From Carcharhinus longimanus (lineage: Eukaryota), in assembly GCA_030264375.1 (NCBI GenBank), contig JASCQW010000032.1:37438910-37502909 (forward strand): a stretch of 64,000 nt of DNA. Reading direction: 5' to 3'. Shown in pieces: positions 63,801 through 64,000 of this stretch (position 1 is the stretch's first letter; each line of letters opens with the position of its first letter). The notes below the pieces were generated by a model that worked only from the letters and a program-made list of their open reading frames with translations, was not told where the DNA came from and made no database searches. Position numbers and translations under genes: made by a program.

Positions 63801-64000
63801 TCTGTGATAATGCATAGACATGATGGTAATAAGAGTGCGGGATGTGTTGGGCCATGAGGTTACAGATTGTGGTGATAGACAATTCCGCTGCTGCTTTTGG
63901 CCCATAACACCTCATGGAGGCAAAGCTTTGACTTGACTTGCTCGATCTGCTCGAAATCTATCCCATTTAGCATGGCAGTCATGGCATACAATACATTGGA

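Noticed and set aside
1-64000. CRISPR arrays, operons or other prokaryotic systems
   Set aside because: The window is intron-rich vertebrate DNA; no regularly spaced repeat-spacer array was seen.

Overview
Eukaryotic genomic DNA, most likely from a shark or other elasmobranch (HE1-type V-SINEs, a DeuSINE and abundant CR1/L2 LINEs), with several N gaps. The window holds the 5' and central part of the spliceosomal gene CWC22 on the + strand. Thirteen exons (12888-55244) have GT-AG boundaries and join in one open frame, from the MKSSVVQIQ start region through the MIF4G domain to the start of the MA3 domain; the gene continues past 64000. The most striking feature is a 2,522-bp Ser/Arg-rich exon (6270-8791) upstream. 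Its phase-1 donor fits the phase-1 acceptor of the exon carrying the usual CWC22 start codon, predicting at least 895 extra N-terminal residues of RS/SRRM2-like disordered sequence. The introns contain a U2 snRNA retrocopy with an apparent A-to-G skew, a complete but dead Buster-type hAT transposon with TIRs and an 8-bp TSD, Gypsy, Rex1/Babar and Vingi remnants, a Penelope-type hairpin with a degenerate hammerhead core, and many SINEs/LINEs. Repeat boundaries are approximate. Family names and comparisons with human CWC22 or U2 come from recalled sequences, not database searches.
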